Source: Somniosus microcephalus (Eukaryota). From it: DNA of 64,000 bases. This document shows, piece after piece, positions 24,901 to 37,522 of the stretch; the stretch's first letter is position 1, and every line of letters begins with the position of its first letter. The notes beneath the pieces were generated by a model. That model was given only the letters and a program-made list of their open reading frames with translations. It searched no databases and was not told the origin of the DNA. The translations under genes and the position numbers were made by a program. The stretch covers positions 17,112,001 through 17,176,000 of the forward strand of contig CM126224.1 of NCBI GenBank assembly GCA_052327205.1, written 5' to 3'.

Positions 24901-25556
24901 GTGGAGGGAGCAGGAAAAGGCCACTTTGGAGGTTTGTGGTGAGGTCAGGGCAGCACGAGATATGAGCAGACAGTAGGAAACATCGAGCAATGGCTGTTGT
25001 TAGTAGCTCTCGGGCGAGTGCCGCTGTGGAGACATCCACTCCCTGCCTTGGATACGTAATTAGGAAGACTGAGTTAAGTATAAGTATGTTTAAAGGATGG
25101 CAATTAGTGTGAGAAAGAGAAGTAAGCGGGACTTCCTCCAGGTACAGGAAGTGCGCGCTATATGCAAGATTAGATAGAAATGTGTCCAAGATCGATTGAA
25201 TCAATGGGGCTTCTGATTGGCCAGTGCTAACCATGTTGCATTATCGGTCACATGCCCAGCAGTAACCAGATTACAGAATCAAAAAAGGAATCATAACAGC
25301 ACCAGCTGCCTGATTGAAGTACTATTTTGGCCAGTGCTCCCTGTCTCTAATTATATTGTTCCTAAATGGCAGATCAGCTGTTTCTGTTGGCAGGTTTTCC
25401 AGAGATGAGCAGCGAGTGTGCCCAAGACTTTCAATTGCTATATGTTACGGTCAACTATTGAACCAGCAAATCTCAACTCACCGTGAGCATCATCGTATTA
25501 GTTTTTATTTTAAGACTGCATTTCTCCTTCAGAACACACGCCATTCTAATACTCAC

Positions 25557-25654
25557 AGATAAGGTATACAGGGTGGTTCCACCTCTGCCAAAGCTGCTCG
25601 ATATGCTCTAAACGAAGAGGAGCTATCAATGAGAGTACAGTACTCAGCCAGACC
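25557..25654 (-). CDS. RAPGEF1: RAPGEF1 coding exon
   Basis: AG/GT bounded, 98 nt; GLAEYCTLIDSSSSFRAYRAALAEVEPPCIPY(L). Confidence 0.95.
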
Positions 25655-26109
25655 CTGAAAATAAATAGTGAAAGTTAGTTTGTCAAACAATGCCACAGTC
25701 ACATACCTGCAGCAACCAGTTGCCAAGTGCTGAAGGTTTTCATACCCCTAAGCTATCCTCTAATTTATGGCACTTTGGATAGGGGGACGGGACTTATTTC
25801 ATTGTAGGGTAGACTTAATTTTGAAAGGAATATCGATTATGTCGTAGAAAATAGAATAATGTTGCAATAATCAGCACATTACTAAAAATGTTCAACATTG
25901 TAAGTGCACTAGCACTTCTTCTGATATGAAGATAATGCAGTCTAAAGTTTACATGGGAGTTTAAAAAGTTAGGAGTAGCATTGTCTATTTTGTCTCCCTG
26001 CAGAAACTCATTCTTTATGAAGGATTCAGGGCTTCATGCTTTTATTAAAAGGGGAAAAGGTGTGCAAAGTAGCGGATAACATTTTTCAGTGTTACAATTA
26101 AAATCCAAA

Positions 26110-26740
26110 TAACTAAGTATTGGTTACAAAAAAAGGATATTGCAGCTAGTGAAAGGATACAGAAGAGAGCAACCAGAATGACTGAAAGGATGGAGGGATT
26201 GGATTGTGAAGAGCAATTATGTAAATTGTATATGTTCTCACTGGAAAAAAGGTCGAGAAGTGTATGATTGCTGCTCTTGGGATTCTATGGGGACTAGATA
26301 ATGTCGACCATAACAAGCTGTTTCACCTTCTCCAGAACAGTAGAACCAGAGGACATGGCCTGCGCTTGAAGGGGGGTAAATTCAAAACTAATCTGCAGAA
26401 ACATTATTTCAGCGAGCGAACAGGAATAGGCTCACTAGGGAGGTGGTGGAAGCAGATAGTAATGATTCATTCAATGTAAATTGGATAGATTTCCTTTAGA
26501 AAATAATATTTTGGGATACCGTAGATGAGTAATTTGAGACATGACCAATGTAAGTGTAGATGCTCGGCAGCAACAGTTGACTGGACCTGTGGTTCCCAAA
26601 GCTCTCCACCACTGGGGTTTTCCTCACCTCATGTCTGGGTCTATTGTAGGCTAATTGATGGAGACTGATTGCTATGATTAGGATGGTAGAAGGCGAACTG
26701 GATGGGCCGTTGTTTTTTTTGTCTAGCAATTCCTATGTAT
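26110..26740 (+). mobile_element. Older CR1 LINE 3' fragment
   Basis: SRTRGHGLRLKGGKFKTNLQKHYFSER; frameshifted. Confidence 0.75.
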
Positions 26741-26872
26741 TCTTCAAATCACCAAATCACCACAGCAACTAGCAACAGGTCACCTGTTCTCTACCTCAGG
26801 GCATGTGTGGTCTGAGAAGACCAAAAGATTGTAACACACACACAAGTGAATCCCAAATTAAAGGGTTATACT

Positions 26873-27390
26873 GATGGAATACTCTCCACTTGCCTGGATG
26901 AGTGCAGCTCCAACAACACTCAAGAAGCTCGACACCATTCAGGACAAAGCAGCCCACTTGATCGCCACCACATCCACCACGTTAAACATTCACTCCCCCC
27001 ACCATCAGCACACTGTGGCTGCAATATGTACCATCTACAAGATGCACTGTGTACCATCTACAAGATGCACTGCAGCAACTCGCCAAGGCTTCTTCGACAG
27101 CACTTCCCAAACCTGCAACCTCTACCTGACGAGGGCAGTAGGCGCATGGAAACACCATCACTTCCAAGTTCTTCTCCAAGTTACACACCATCCTGATTTG
27201 GAAATAGATCGCCATTACTTCATCGTCGTTGGGTCAAAATCTGTAACAGCGCTGTGGGAGCACCTTTACCACACGGACTGCAGCAGTTCAAGGCGGCAGC
27301 TCACCACCACCGTCTCAAGGGCAATTAGGCATGGGCAAAAAATGCTGGCCTTGCCAGCGATGCCCACATCCCATGAATGAATAAAAAAAA
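26873..27390 (+). mobile_element. LINE (CR1-group, second family) 3' end
   Basis: EYSPLAWMSAAPTTLKKLDTIQDKAA; ends ATGAATAAAAAAAA; homologous copies at 51541 (-) and 39415 (+). Confidence 0.75.
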
Positions 27391-28408
27391 TGTTCAGTCT
27401 TGTGAAGTTGGCAATGCCTACTTGTGCATTCATTCTATTTAAATCCTGTATAATGCATTATTAATTGTGTGTGTTTTTCTATATCAACCTTTCTCTTTCA
27501 TTTTGTATATTTACTTTCTTGTACTTCCTATTTTTAATCTATCTGGATGTTGTTTCTTGTGTGCTCATTATAAATTGTCTTTGTTGCATTTCTAAGGGTA
27601 CTTACACTTTGACTATTTTTAAACCTTTTCCAGTGCTGTCTTTCTGGTACATTTTTCTATTAATCCAGTTTCCATTTGTTTTGGTCAGGTGGGTGTCTGA
27701 CAGGTGCAAAAACGTGCTCAAGAGTCTTGAAGCCAAGCGACTGAGAAATCCACACAGTTCAAAGTTCTGTTTGTCTGATTATGGAGTGAGTGCACACTCC
27801 CTGTGGGGATCCATCACACTTACTTAGGCCCAAAGAGCTACGGCTGGCAAAAGCCAAGGCTCAGGGCCTCCATTTGCCCCCCTCACCTCATCAAGTTTGT
27901 AGTGGTGCTAAGGTTAACCAGCTAAGGCCACACATCTTATCAGCACAGAATACTGGTAAATTTGTCCAGTTAGAGCCACCCTACATGTTAGAGCTCTGGT
28001 TTGTGGGAGTGGGCAGAATTCCAGCCCCTCAGTTACAGGTCTATCTGCCAGGCCCCATTAATTAGCAGGCTGATTGGATTCAGCAGTGGCTTGGAGTAAG
28101 AGACACAAATTGAGGCCGTTTTCTTTAGAACAGAGATTACGGGGTGATTGGTGTTTAAAATTATGAAGGGATGGGACGTAGAAGATAGAAAAAAAACATA
28201 TCCAGTGGTTGAGAGGCCCGGAACAAGGGATCACAGATTATAAGATTAAATGCAAGCGATTCAGGACATAGCACGGGAGAAACTTTTTGTTTTTACACGG
28301 AGGGTTGCGAGGCTGTGGATTGCAGTAGCAGAGCTAGTGATTGAAGCAGAGACCATGTCAACAATTAAGAATAAATTAGATAGGTGGTTGAAGGAAAGGA
28401 GAATAAAG

Positions 28409-29526
28409 TTAAGGCACATGGGATCGGGGGCAAGGTGCTGACTTGGATAGAGAACTGGTTGGCAGACAGGAAGCAAAGAGTTGGAATAAACGGGTCTTTT
28501 TCCGAGTGGCAGGCAGTGACTAGTGGGGTACCGCAGGGATCGGTCCTAGGACCCCAGCTATTCACAATATATATTAATGATCTAGACGACAGAAATAGAT
28601 GTAATATCTCCAAGTTTGCAGACAACACAAAGCTGGGTGGGCGTGTGTGCTGTGAGGAGGATGCCGAGAAACCCCAGTATGGTTTGGACAGTTTGGATGA
28701 TTGGGCAGATGCATGGCAGATGCAGTATAATGTGGATAAATGCGAGGTTATCCACTTTGGTGGCAAAAACAGGAAGGCAGATTATCTGAACGGCAATAGA
28801 TTGGGAGAAGGGGAAGTGCAACGAGACCTGGGTGTCCTTGTGCACCAATCGCTGAAGGTAAGCATGCAGGTGCAGCAGGCGGTTAAGGCGGCAAATGGTA
28901 TGTTGGCCTTCGTAGCCAGAGGGTTCGAGTACAGGAACAAGGATGTCTTGCTGCAGTTGTACAGGGCCTTGGTGAGACCACACATTGAGTATTGTGCACA
29001 GTTCTGGTCGCCTTATCTGAGGAAGGATGTTCTTGCCATGGAGGGAGTGCAGCGAAGATTCACCAGACTGATACCTGGGATGGCAGGAATGATGTATGAG
29101 GAGAGATTGGGCTTATACTCGCTGGAGTTTAGAAGAATGAGAGGGGATCTCATTGAAACTTATAAAATACTAACAGGACTAGACAGACTAGATGCAGGAA
29201 GGCTGTTCCCGATGGTCGGGGAGTCCAGAACCAGGGGTCACAGTCTAAGGATAAGGGGTAAGCCATTTAGGACAGAGATGAGGAGGAATTTCTTCACCCA
29301 GAGAGTGGTGAACCTGTGGAATTCTCTACGACAGAAGGCAGTTGAGGCCAATTCATTAAATATATTCAAGAAGGAGTTAGATATATTTCTTGAGGCTAAA
29401 GGGATATGGGGATAAAGCAGGGACAGGGTACTGAATTTGGATGATCAGCCATGATCTCATTGAATGGCGGAGCAGGCTCGAGGGGCCGAATGGCCTACTC
29501 CTGCTCCTATCTTCTATGTTTCTATG
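28409..29526 (+). mobile_element. 5'-truncated CR1 LINE (RT C-terminal half), nested in an older CR1 3' end
   Basis: 343-aa ORF with [18 protein letters not shown] and LYRALVRPHIEYC; (TTCTATG)-type tail; older CR1 sequence on both sides. Confidence 0.93.
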
Positions 29527-31971
29527 TAAAGAGATACGAGAACAGAGTGGGCACATGGGATTAGGACTACACTTTATGTGGAGGGTAAACACCAACACAA
29601 GATAAACACAGGCTGAACAGCCTGTTTCCGTGTTGTAATTTCTATGCAGTTCTACATCTGCCTGGCTCAGGTATCAGATTACTGAGTCCACTATGGGGAG
29701 TTGATTCAATCCTAATCTTCCTTTAGCAGGTGTGTTATCCTGGAGCCAATTTGACAAAAGAGGCCCCATTTACCTTTGCCCCCCCAGGAGAATCGTTAGT
29801 TGCTTATTAGACAAACTGACAAAGGGTTGGCATGGTAGCTGCCAGACAGTGTTGCTAGCTTCTTGCAAGGCAAACAGCAGAAACAAGGAACGGTCACAGT
29901 TGGCTTAATGAGCAGTTCAGCTCACCTTAGAATGAGTGTTGTCACTATCCTCCTGAGCATAGTTTGCCCATACCTCACTAAATTGTGCTTTCATCAATTG
30001 TTGGTGAAAAGGTTTAGCAACAACTGCCTTGCATCTCTGCAATACAATCGTGGTTGGCACAGACCCTCTGACACATCAGCATATGGTGGTCTAAACAGCA
30101 TTCAGGCAACTCTTGTCTAGCAGCTGCTGTGCCAAGCCTCAGTTTTGTCAGCTACGTGGCAGGCATCTGCTTTCAGCAAGGTGGAAGGATCCATGCTGGA
30201 CAGCTTGCTTTGTACCAAGCACCTTGATGTTCCAGATTCCAAGTCCATGCTGTGTCCCAGACTTGCTGGTCACCGGGTTGCTTAATAAAAGGTCTTCATG
30301 CAAGGCACTTTGTAAAGAGATGTGCTTGTTGCGAGACTGCCTCCCCTCCACGGTACCAAGTCACGGGTCAATGTCTTTCTTGAAACTTACCTCGTTGCCT
30401 TTATCTATTCTGCTATAAATATCTTCAGTCCTTTTCCTTAGTCTTCAATGTGCTACCAATCTTTCAAAGTTTATTCTTTCCTGACACACTTTCATTGTCT
30501 TTTTCATTTACCTTCTCATTTGCCTCCTCCTCTCTCTCTCCAAGTTCAATGTAATTCAGTCTCAAAGTTAGTTGACTGAGCTGACTGGAGTGGGCAGTTC
30601 TGATCCAAGTGGAAGTGGTTTTAATGCGACTTTGAACCCACATAAAAGTATAATTAAAAACCAAACAAGCAAGTCTTATTAAGAAAGAGGATTTAGAAGT
30701 TGGTGGAGGTTTGTGAATTCTAAGGATAACCCATGGCTGCCGACTTCTCTTCTCACATCTCAAGGATCACATTTTCACACCTGGCAATAGCCCAGAAAAC
30801 AACTATTTAATGTATTTATATATTTTTTTAAAATGTAAACCATGTTGCCTGTTGCAAGACAGGAAATTGGAAAATGAATTCTGTGAGCATGAATTTTCGG
30901 AGGAACTTTTACAATTTTCCAGTCACACTTTAAAAAAAAAAATCAAGAAATATCTCAGAAATTGCCACCAGAATTGCTAACTTTTCTTTCAGATTCAGAA
31001 TTACCTGTAGTGCATGTCCTACACTTTATTTTTATTCCCGATTTCCAGAATTCATGGCTTCTTCCCAACTTCAAAAGGGCCGTTTATGTTGGTGGTGAAA
31101 AGCAGCACGTGATCGAGACTGAGGCAGGGTGTTAGGCACAGTTCAGTAAAGACAACTAAACGCAGAGCTGAAAAACGTTACTGTGTAATTTGCATGTATT
31201 TTAAGCTGCATACAACTGTGACAACTGAAGCAGATGTAACCCTGCAGTTATATTTGTGGCAAACTAAGTTGGTGTTTAGGAGTAACCCTTTTAATCAGCA
31301 CACTGCATTTACTGAAAATGCTCTTGCTATTCCAGAGCTCTGGCTGCTCCAAGGGTAGGTTTAATTCTTGCTGTTGTATAATCTGTTAACGGTTCAATTG
31401 ATCTTCCAGGGAATTCTGTGTTCCTCAAGTTGAAGGACGACAGTGCTGAACAGCAGGACATTTTTTCCCCTCTTTGCAATCAGTGACAATATCAACCACT
31501 CTCAGCTGATATGTATTATGGGATGGACATCAGTCAAGTGCCTTTACCATACCCTGATCATGTGCATCAACCTCAACTCTGGGGTAAAAAGCATAAAGCA
31601 TCCCTCATTTCATCAATCTAACACTTCCATTATCAGCTATCCAGTGGGACTCTGCAATCGGTAAATTATTGAATCAATTAATTTCCAAAGCGTTCCTTTT
31701 TAAAAAAAAAAATCCAGTTTCTTGATTTAAATATACATGAAAGTATGCATCCATGAAATGCCATACAGACATTCTGCTGTAGCAGCCGCATAAAACGGAG
31801 ATGACAGCATAAACCTAAATATAGCCAACTGCTGCCCTGAAGGCATGTTGCTGAAATTTATGGATAAGCTTCTGTCATTGCATGGATTGAAGGCCTGGAC
31901 ATTTTGTCACATACTCATTTGCTAAATTGAATCAAGCACCAAAAAGCCTGAAGGGACAGGAAGGGCCTTAC

Positions 31972-32073
31972 CTCTGAAGTCTGCTTCTGCCATTCCAACC
32001 TACGGATGGGTGCTGAGTCTAATGCAGACAATATAGCCAGGTATGAATTAAAATTATTCAGTTTGCGCAAGTG
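31972..32073 (-). CDS. RAPGEF1: RAPGEF1 coding exon
   Basis: AG/GT bounded, 102 nt; HLRKLNNFNSYLAILSALDSAPIRRLEWQKQTSE. Confidence 0.95.
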
Positions 32074-32509
32074 CTTAAAAAAAGGGAAAAAAAAGTTTTA
32101 ATTTCAGCACATGTTGCGAGGATTTCAAAGTTACACAGCTAAATGGATATTTCTGTAAAGGATAGATTTTTCTTTCCCCCCCACTCGAGAATATTTTCCT
32201 CCCTCTCAATGCCAGAGATGTCCAGCCCGATTTGTACCATGCTCTCCATCCATCTGGAAGCTTGTATCAACATGCATATAAAATACACAGTCCCTCCTAC
32301 AAACACACATTTCACAGGCATAAAACTGCACTAGGTTTTAAATTAGTTCTTGAACAGCTACATATCATCACCCAAGTTGCACGATATTCTAACGCATGCA
32401 CATTAAGTCGTATTTGTTTATAAAAAGTCCTGCAACTCTGTGTTAATGATCTTGGCAACAGTGGGATGTTAGCATGAATGTAGCTTAAACCCTGTACCAG
32501 TTTACAAAC

Positions 32510-32588
32510 CTTCATAATTTTGATAAACTTTAGGAGCAGCCGTTCGCGATCTTGTGCTTTTTCCTGTTGAATAATTATTGACCGCACC
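32510..32588 (-). CDS. RAPGEF1: RAPGEF1 coding exon
   Basis: AG/GT bounded, 79 nt; (W)VRSIIIQQEKAQDRERLLLKFIKIMK. Confidence 0.95.
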
Positions 32589-32825
32589 CTGAAAGAGACC
32601 AACAGGAGTTAACAGATGAAAATACTTTGGCCTGTAATTTGCGGTCAGCGGCAAAGCAAAGGTGCTGAAGAGAGCTGCCCAGAGATCTCGCGATCTGGGA
32701 CAAGAAGTTTATCTTTTTCAACCTTCATTTGATTGTCACTCTGTCATGGGGATTCTCAGCGAAGAGCTGCAGCGACGTCAACAAGCTGTCTAAGCAGCCA
32801 ATCACATTGAAGAATTCTCAGACAG

Positions 32826-34740
32826 GAAACATAAGAACATAAGAAATAGGAGCAGGAGTAGGCCATTCGGCCCTTCGAACCTGCTCCGCCATTCAATGAG
32901 ATCATGGCTGATCTTCTGCCTCAACTCCATTCACCGGCCCTATCGCCATATCCCTTGATGCCTGTACTAGTCTGAAATCTATCAACTTCTGTTTTGAATA
33001 TACCCAATGACTGAGCCTCCACAGCCCTCTGGGGTAGAGAATTCCAAAGATTCACCACCCTCTGTATGAAGAAATTTCTTCTCATCTCGGTCCTGAATGG
33101 CCTACCCTTTATCCTGAGGCTGTGGTCCCTGGTTCTAGACTCCCCAGCCAAGGGAAACATTCTCCCAGCATCCACCCTATCAAGCCCTGTAATGCTTCAA
33201 TGAGACCCCCTCTCATTCTTCTGAATTCAAGAGAATACAGGCCTCGTTTACTCAATCTCTTCTCATAAGACAGTCCCGCCATCCCAGGAATCAATCTCGT
33301 GAACCTTCGTTGCACTCCCTCTATGGCAAGTATATCCTTCCTTAGGTAAGGAGGCCAAAATTGTACACAGTACTCCAGGTGTGGTCTCACCAAGGCCTTA
33401 TATAATTGGAGTAAGACTTCTTACTCAAATCCTCTTGTAATGAAGGCCAGCATGCCATTTGTCTTCCTAATGGCTTGCTGCACCTGCACATTCACTTTCA
33501 GTGACTCATGTACAAAGACACCCAGGTCCCTTTGAGCATCTGCATTCCCCAATCTTTCACCATTTAGGAAATACTCTGCCTTTCTGTTTTTTCTACCAAA
33601 GTGGATAACTTCACATTTATCCACATTATATTCCATCTGCCATGTTCTTGTCCACTCACTGAGCCTGTCGAGATCCCCTTGAAGCCTCTTGACAACTGAC
33701 ACTGCCACCTAGCTTTGTATCATCAGCAAATTTGGAAATGTTACATTTAGTCCAATCATTGATATAGATTGTGAATAGCTGGGGCCCAAGCACCGATCCT
33801 TGCGGTACCCCACTGGTCACAGCCTGCCATCCTGAAAAAGACCCGTTTATCCCTACTCTTTGTTTTCTGTCTGTTAAACAATGTTCAATCCATGCTAGTA
33901 TATTACCCCTAATTCCATGTGCCCTAATTTTGTTCACCAACCTCTTGTGTGGGACCTTTTCGAAGGCATTCTGAAAATCCAGATACACCACATCTACCGG
34001 TTCCCCTTTGTCTACTCCACTAGTTACATCCTCAAAGAACTCCAATAGGTTTGTCAAACAGGATTTACCTTTCATAAATCCATGTTGACTCTGCCCAATC
34101 TTACTATTAGTTTCTAAGTGCCCAGTTATTGCATCCTTTATAATAGATTCCAGCATTTTCCCAACTACTGATGAGGCTAACAGGTCTGTAGTTCCCCGTT
34201 TTCTCTCTCCCTCCTTTCTTAAATAGCAGGGTTACATTTGCTATCCTCCAATCTGCAGGAACCGTTCCAGAATCTATAGAATTTTGGAAGATGACAACCA
34301 ATGCGTCCACTACCCCAATGCCACCTCTTTCAAAACCCTAGGATGTAGGTCATCCGGTCCTTGGGATTTATTGACTTTTAGTCCCATTAATTTTGCTAGT
34401 ACTGTTTTTTTTTTACTAATAATAATTTCTTTAAGTTCCTGATTCTCGCCACATCCTTGGTTTTCTCGTATTTCTGGGAGGTTTTTTGTGTCTTCCTCCG
34501 TGAAGACAGAAAAAGTATTTATTTAATTTCTCTTCCATTTCCTCATTCCCCATTATAAATTCTGCCGTCTCTGACTGTAAAGGATCTACATTTACCTTCG
34601 CCAGTCTTTTCCTTTTCACATACCTATAAAGCTTTTACAATCCGTTTTTATATTTTTCGTTAGTTTGTGCTCATATCCAATTTTCCCTTTATCAATTTCT
34701 TGGTCCTCCTTTGCTGATTTCTAAAAAGATTCCAATCTTT
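32826..34740 (-). mobile_element. 5'-truncated CR1 LINE with frameshifted ORF2
   Basis: ORF pieces with [42 protein letters not shown] and FADDTKL; (ATAAGAAC) tail repeats. Confidence 0.93.
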
Positions 34741-35227
34741 CTAATTTCTAAAAAAATCTCAACGAGAAGCTGCTTTTATCTGGACTTTTTAAAAATAATG
34801 ATTGGGACTTTCACATGGGGTTAAGGTAGAAGCTGAAATATAATGAACAAACTTTCAATTTTTTTTGAAGTTTAAAACAAATTGTAATTTTTAATCATTA
34901 TGGAGAAACTTGGCACTCCACAAATATAAAAATTAGTTTTTCAGGGCCAGAACATTTGTTTAGCAGTTAGTATGCTGTTAAAATCCCAGTTACACCTATT
35001 CCAACAAGACTCATCATTTAATGGGGTAACAGCGATCTTAGTGGGGAAAAGCCCAAGTTTTCGTCAGTTTCACTGATTGCCAGCTATTTGGAGGGGGGTG
35101 GGGGTGTGGAGGGCGGTCAACAGCGCAGCCCGTGTCGGAGCAGTGAATGACTGACCGCAACTTCAGGATTTCCACTTTTAAATGTGCAAGCGCCACAACC
35201 TGCAGTTGCAGTCAATTTCAGAGGGGT

Positions 35228-35495
35228 AATGACAACGAACTCTCTGACACCTCCTCACACCTCCCCCTGGATCACAACCCCACCAGCGAACTTCAAACCA
35301 TTGTTTCCCAGACCATCACTGACCTCATCTCCTCTGGGAATCTTTCCCCTCTCCTACAGCCTCCTTCAGTCCCCCCCAACACCGCACAGCCCGTTTCTAC
35401 CTCCTGCCCGTGATCCACAAACAGGACTGTCCTGATCGACCCAGCATTTCAACCTGTTCTTGCCCCCACGGAACTGATTCCTTCCCACCTCGACT
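35228..35495 (+). mobile_element. Penelope-like retroelement RT fragment
   Basis: LSDTSSHLPLDHNPTSELQTIVSQTITDLISSGNL...FYLLP.IHKQDCP.RP resembles PLE RT N-terminal motifs. Confidence 0.65.
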
Positions 35496-35553
35496 AGTTT
35501 GGTTCAGACTGGTCAGAGACGTAAAGAACTGACAAATATTGCCTCATCCTCAC

Positions 35554-35648
35554 CAATAGGACATGTTGTTGAAGTGCTCGGTAAACTGCGTTAGGTTTGG
35601 ACTCTTCTCTTCATTCTGTTCTTTGGCCCAGAGTAAAACCTCAGGGAT
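35554..35648 (-). CDS. RAPGEF1: RAPGEF1 coding exon
   Basis: AG/GT bounded, 95 nt; IPEVLLWAKEQNEEKSPNLTQFTEHFNNMSY(W). Confidence 0.95.
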
Positions 35649-36270
35649 CTGTCATTAAGAGAAGTGATGGAAAAGTGAGATGAAGGCAGCCAAAAGATTT
35701 GCTAGACTGGCAACAGGTTTATTAGATCAGGACTGTGATGTACCCTTGGTTCCAAAAATATGGCACAAAGGAACCACCAATGGAATCTTTATTTTTACAG
35801 CGCTGACGTTAACTGATTTGGAGGAAGGAAGGCAGGAAGGGGACAAAAAGCTGTCCTAAATTTTATTTTTGGGAGTCTCCCACCGGAAATGTTCAGACAC
35901 AGTTCTGCGTTCAATATTATACCCTCTCTCTACAAACCAAGACCATAGCATAGTGTTAATTATCTTCAGTAGTCAATTGTTTGTGGAATAATTCTCAATA
36001 GCAGCTTGTTTCTCAATTGTCTGATCGTGAAGGTGTCTATTATGGCTCACTTCTGCTGATCTAATCTTATTCTTCTGCACAATTGAACCCTTTGACTTCT
36101 AATTATCTCAAACAGGCTTGCTGTTTCTTCAGCAGTTCAGATAAACAGAAGAGTGTTGTGATTCACTTGACAGCTAATCTCATGTCAACGCAATCCATGA
36201 AAATGTACTAATCTGTTAGACTTGTCACAGAACACAGATCCATCCAAAATATTCCCCATCAGATCATTAC

Positions 36271-36355
36271 CTCTATTTTGTAGAACAGCTCAGCATCCAA
36301 CAGTGTCAACTGCTCAGCAATCTCATGACTGTGAAAGTCATGAAGGGTTCCAGGC
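36271..36355 (-). CDS. RAPGEF1: RAPGEF1 coding exon (start of CDC25 domain)
   Basis: AG/GT bounded, 85 nt; (R)PGTLHDFHSHEIAEQLTLLDAELFYKIE. Confidence 0.95.
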
Positions 36356-36789
36356 CTGCAGGGGGGGGGAAAAGGCATTAAAACCTGAAGTTTACAGGAA
36401 GTCATAGGGACAGAATAGATTCCGTTTTCATTCAACAGCATTCACCCCCCACCCCCAACAAAAAAAAATTAATTCTGAGACAGTCCATTTCCATCTGGTT
36501 ATTTAAGTTTCGCTAATGAGCTATTCCAGTAACATACAAATATGCTTCAAGGAGGTCTGTAACCTCATTTATTGGCAGCTATGTTTGTGAACGCCTTTCA
36601 AACATATTGTCTCCCCACATTTCAGTGTACACTATTTTACATTGCTTGCTTCACAGGTGCAGGTACTTATTCATTTCTGTTCTCAATATTGACACATTTA
36701 CAACTCTCTTTAGTAAATCCCAGAAAACAGCATGAAACTCAAAGTATTTTTTTTTTTTTTTTTTTTTAAAGTATGCATACAACGCCTAC

Positions 36790-36975
36790 CTTGCTGCTAC
36801 CCCTCGTGCAGCCAACGGCTTCATCAGACTAGCGTATTTCACAGTTTTCTTCTGATCTACTTTATCCAGAATATTCTTTCGCAGAACCCGGGCCAGGCTC
36901 AGCTCACCACTACACACTAAACGGAACACGAGCTCCATTAACAACTTCAGGATGTCATCCGATAGTTCCACCAGA
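36790..36975 (-). CDS. RAPGEF1: RAPGEF1 coding exon
   Basis: AG/GT bounded, 186 nt; LVELSDDILKLLMELVFRLVCSGELSLARVLRKNILDKVDQKK...PLAARGVAA(R). Confidence 0.95.
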
Positions 36976-37416
36976 CTGGGAAAGGGACACACCAAAAAGG
37001 AATCGGTCAGAGGACAATCATCAAGTACAGCATAAACACAACAGCAGTTCAGTAGGACTACATTCATATTGCAGTTCAGGACATTGAATATTTGCCATGC
37101 TTCAGCATTGTTAAAAAGCAGACTTATGAAAAATGTACAGGAAAAATTAAATGGGAAATGTACAAATATTAAAAACATGATCGCAGGGATATTTCCACAT
37201 TAGATATTGGCATACCAAATTTACAATGTACAATGTAAATCACTAGTTGCTATTCAATCATATGAGCTCCCTTAACATAGCTATTAAATCGAGATGGTCA
37301 CTGTCATTTAATGCCACAAACACAAATGCTAAGGCAATCATGACTAGGTTTATGCTCGATTTGTTTACCATTCCCTGAACTAGTTTTGCATCCTTCCTCC
37401 CAGATAACTGTCAAGC

Positions 37417-37522
37417 AGTTCCTACATTACAACGATTACATTTCAAAAGTACTTCATTGGCTGTAAAGCCCTTTGGGACGTCCTGAGGTTATGAAAGGTG
37501 CTATATAAATGCAAGCCTTTCT
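37417..37522 (+). mobile_element. Deu-SINE 3' tail fragment
   Basis: Matches 9165-9260 (CCTACATTACAAC...CAAAAGTACTTCATT...GCTATATAAATGCAAG). Confidence 0.7.

Noticed and set aside
28384-29415. 343-aa reverse-transcriptase ORF as a domesticated gene or retron-like system
   Set aside because: 5'-truncated CR1 ORF2 with a mutated catalytic motif (FADN), a non-ATG start taken from flanking sequence, and near-identical dispersed copies in the window.
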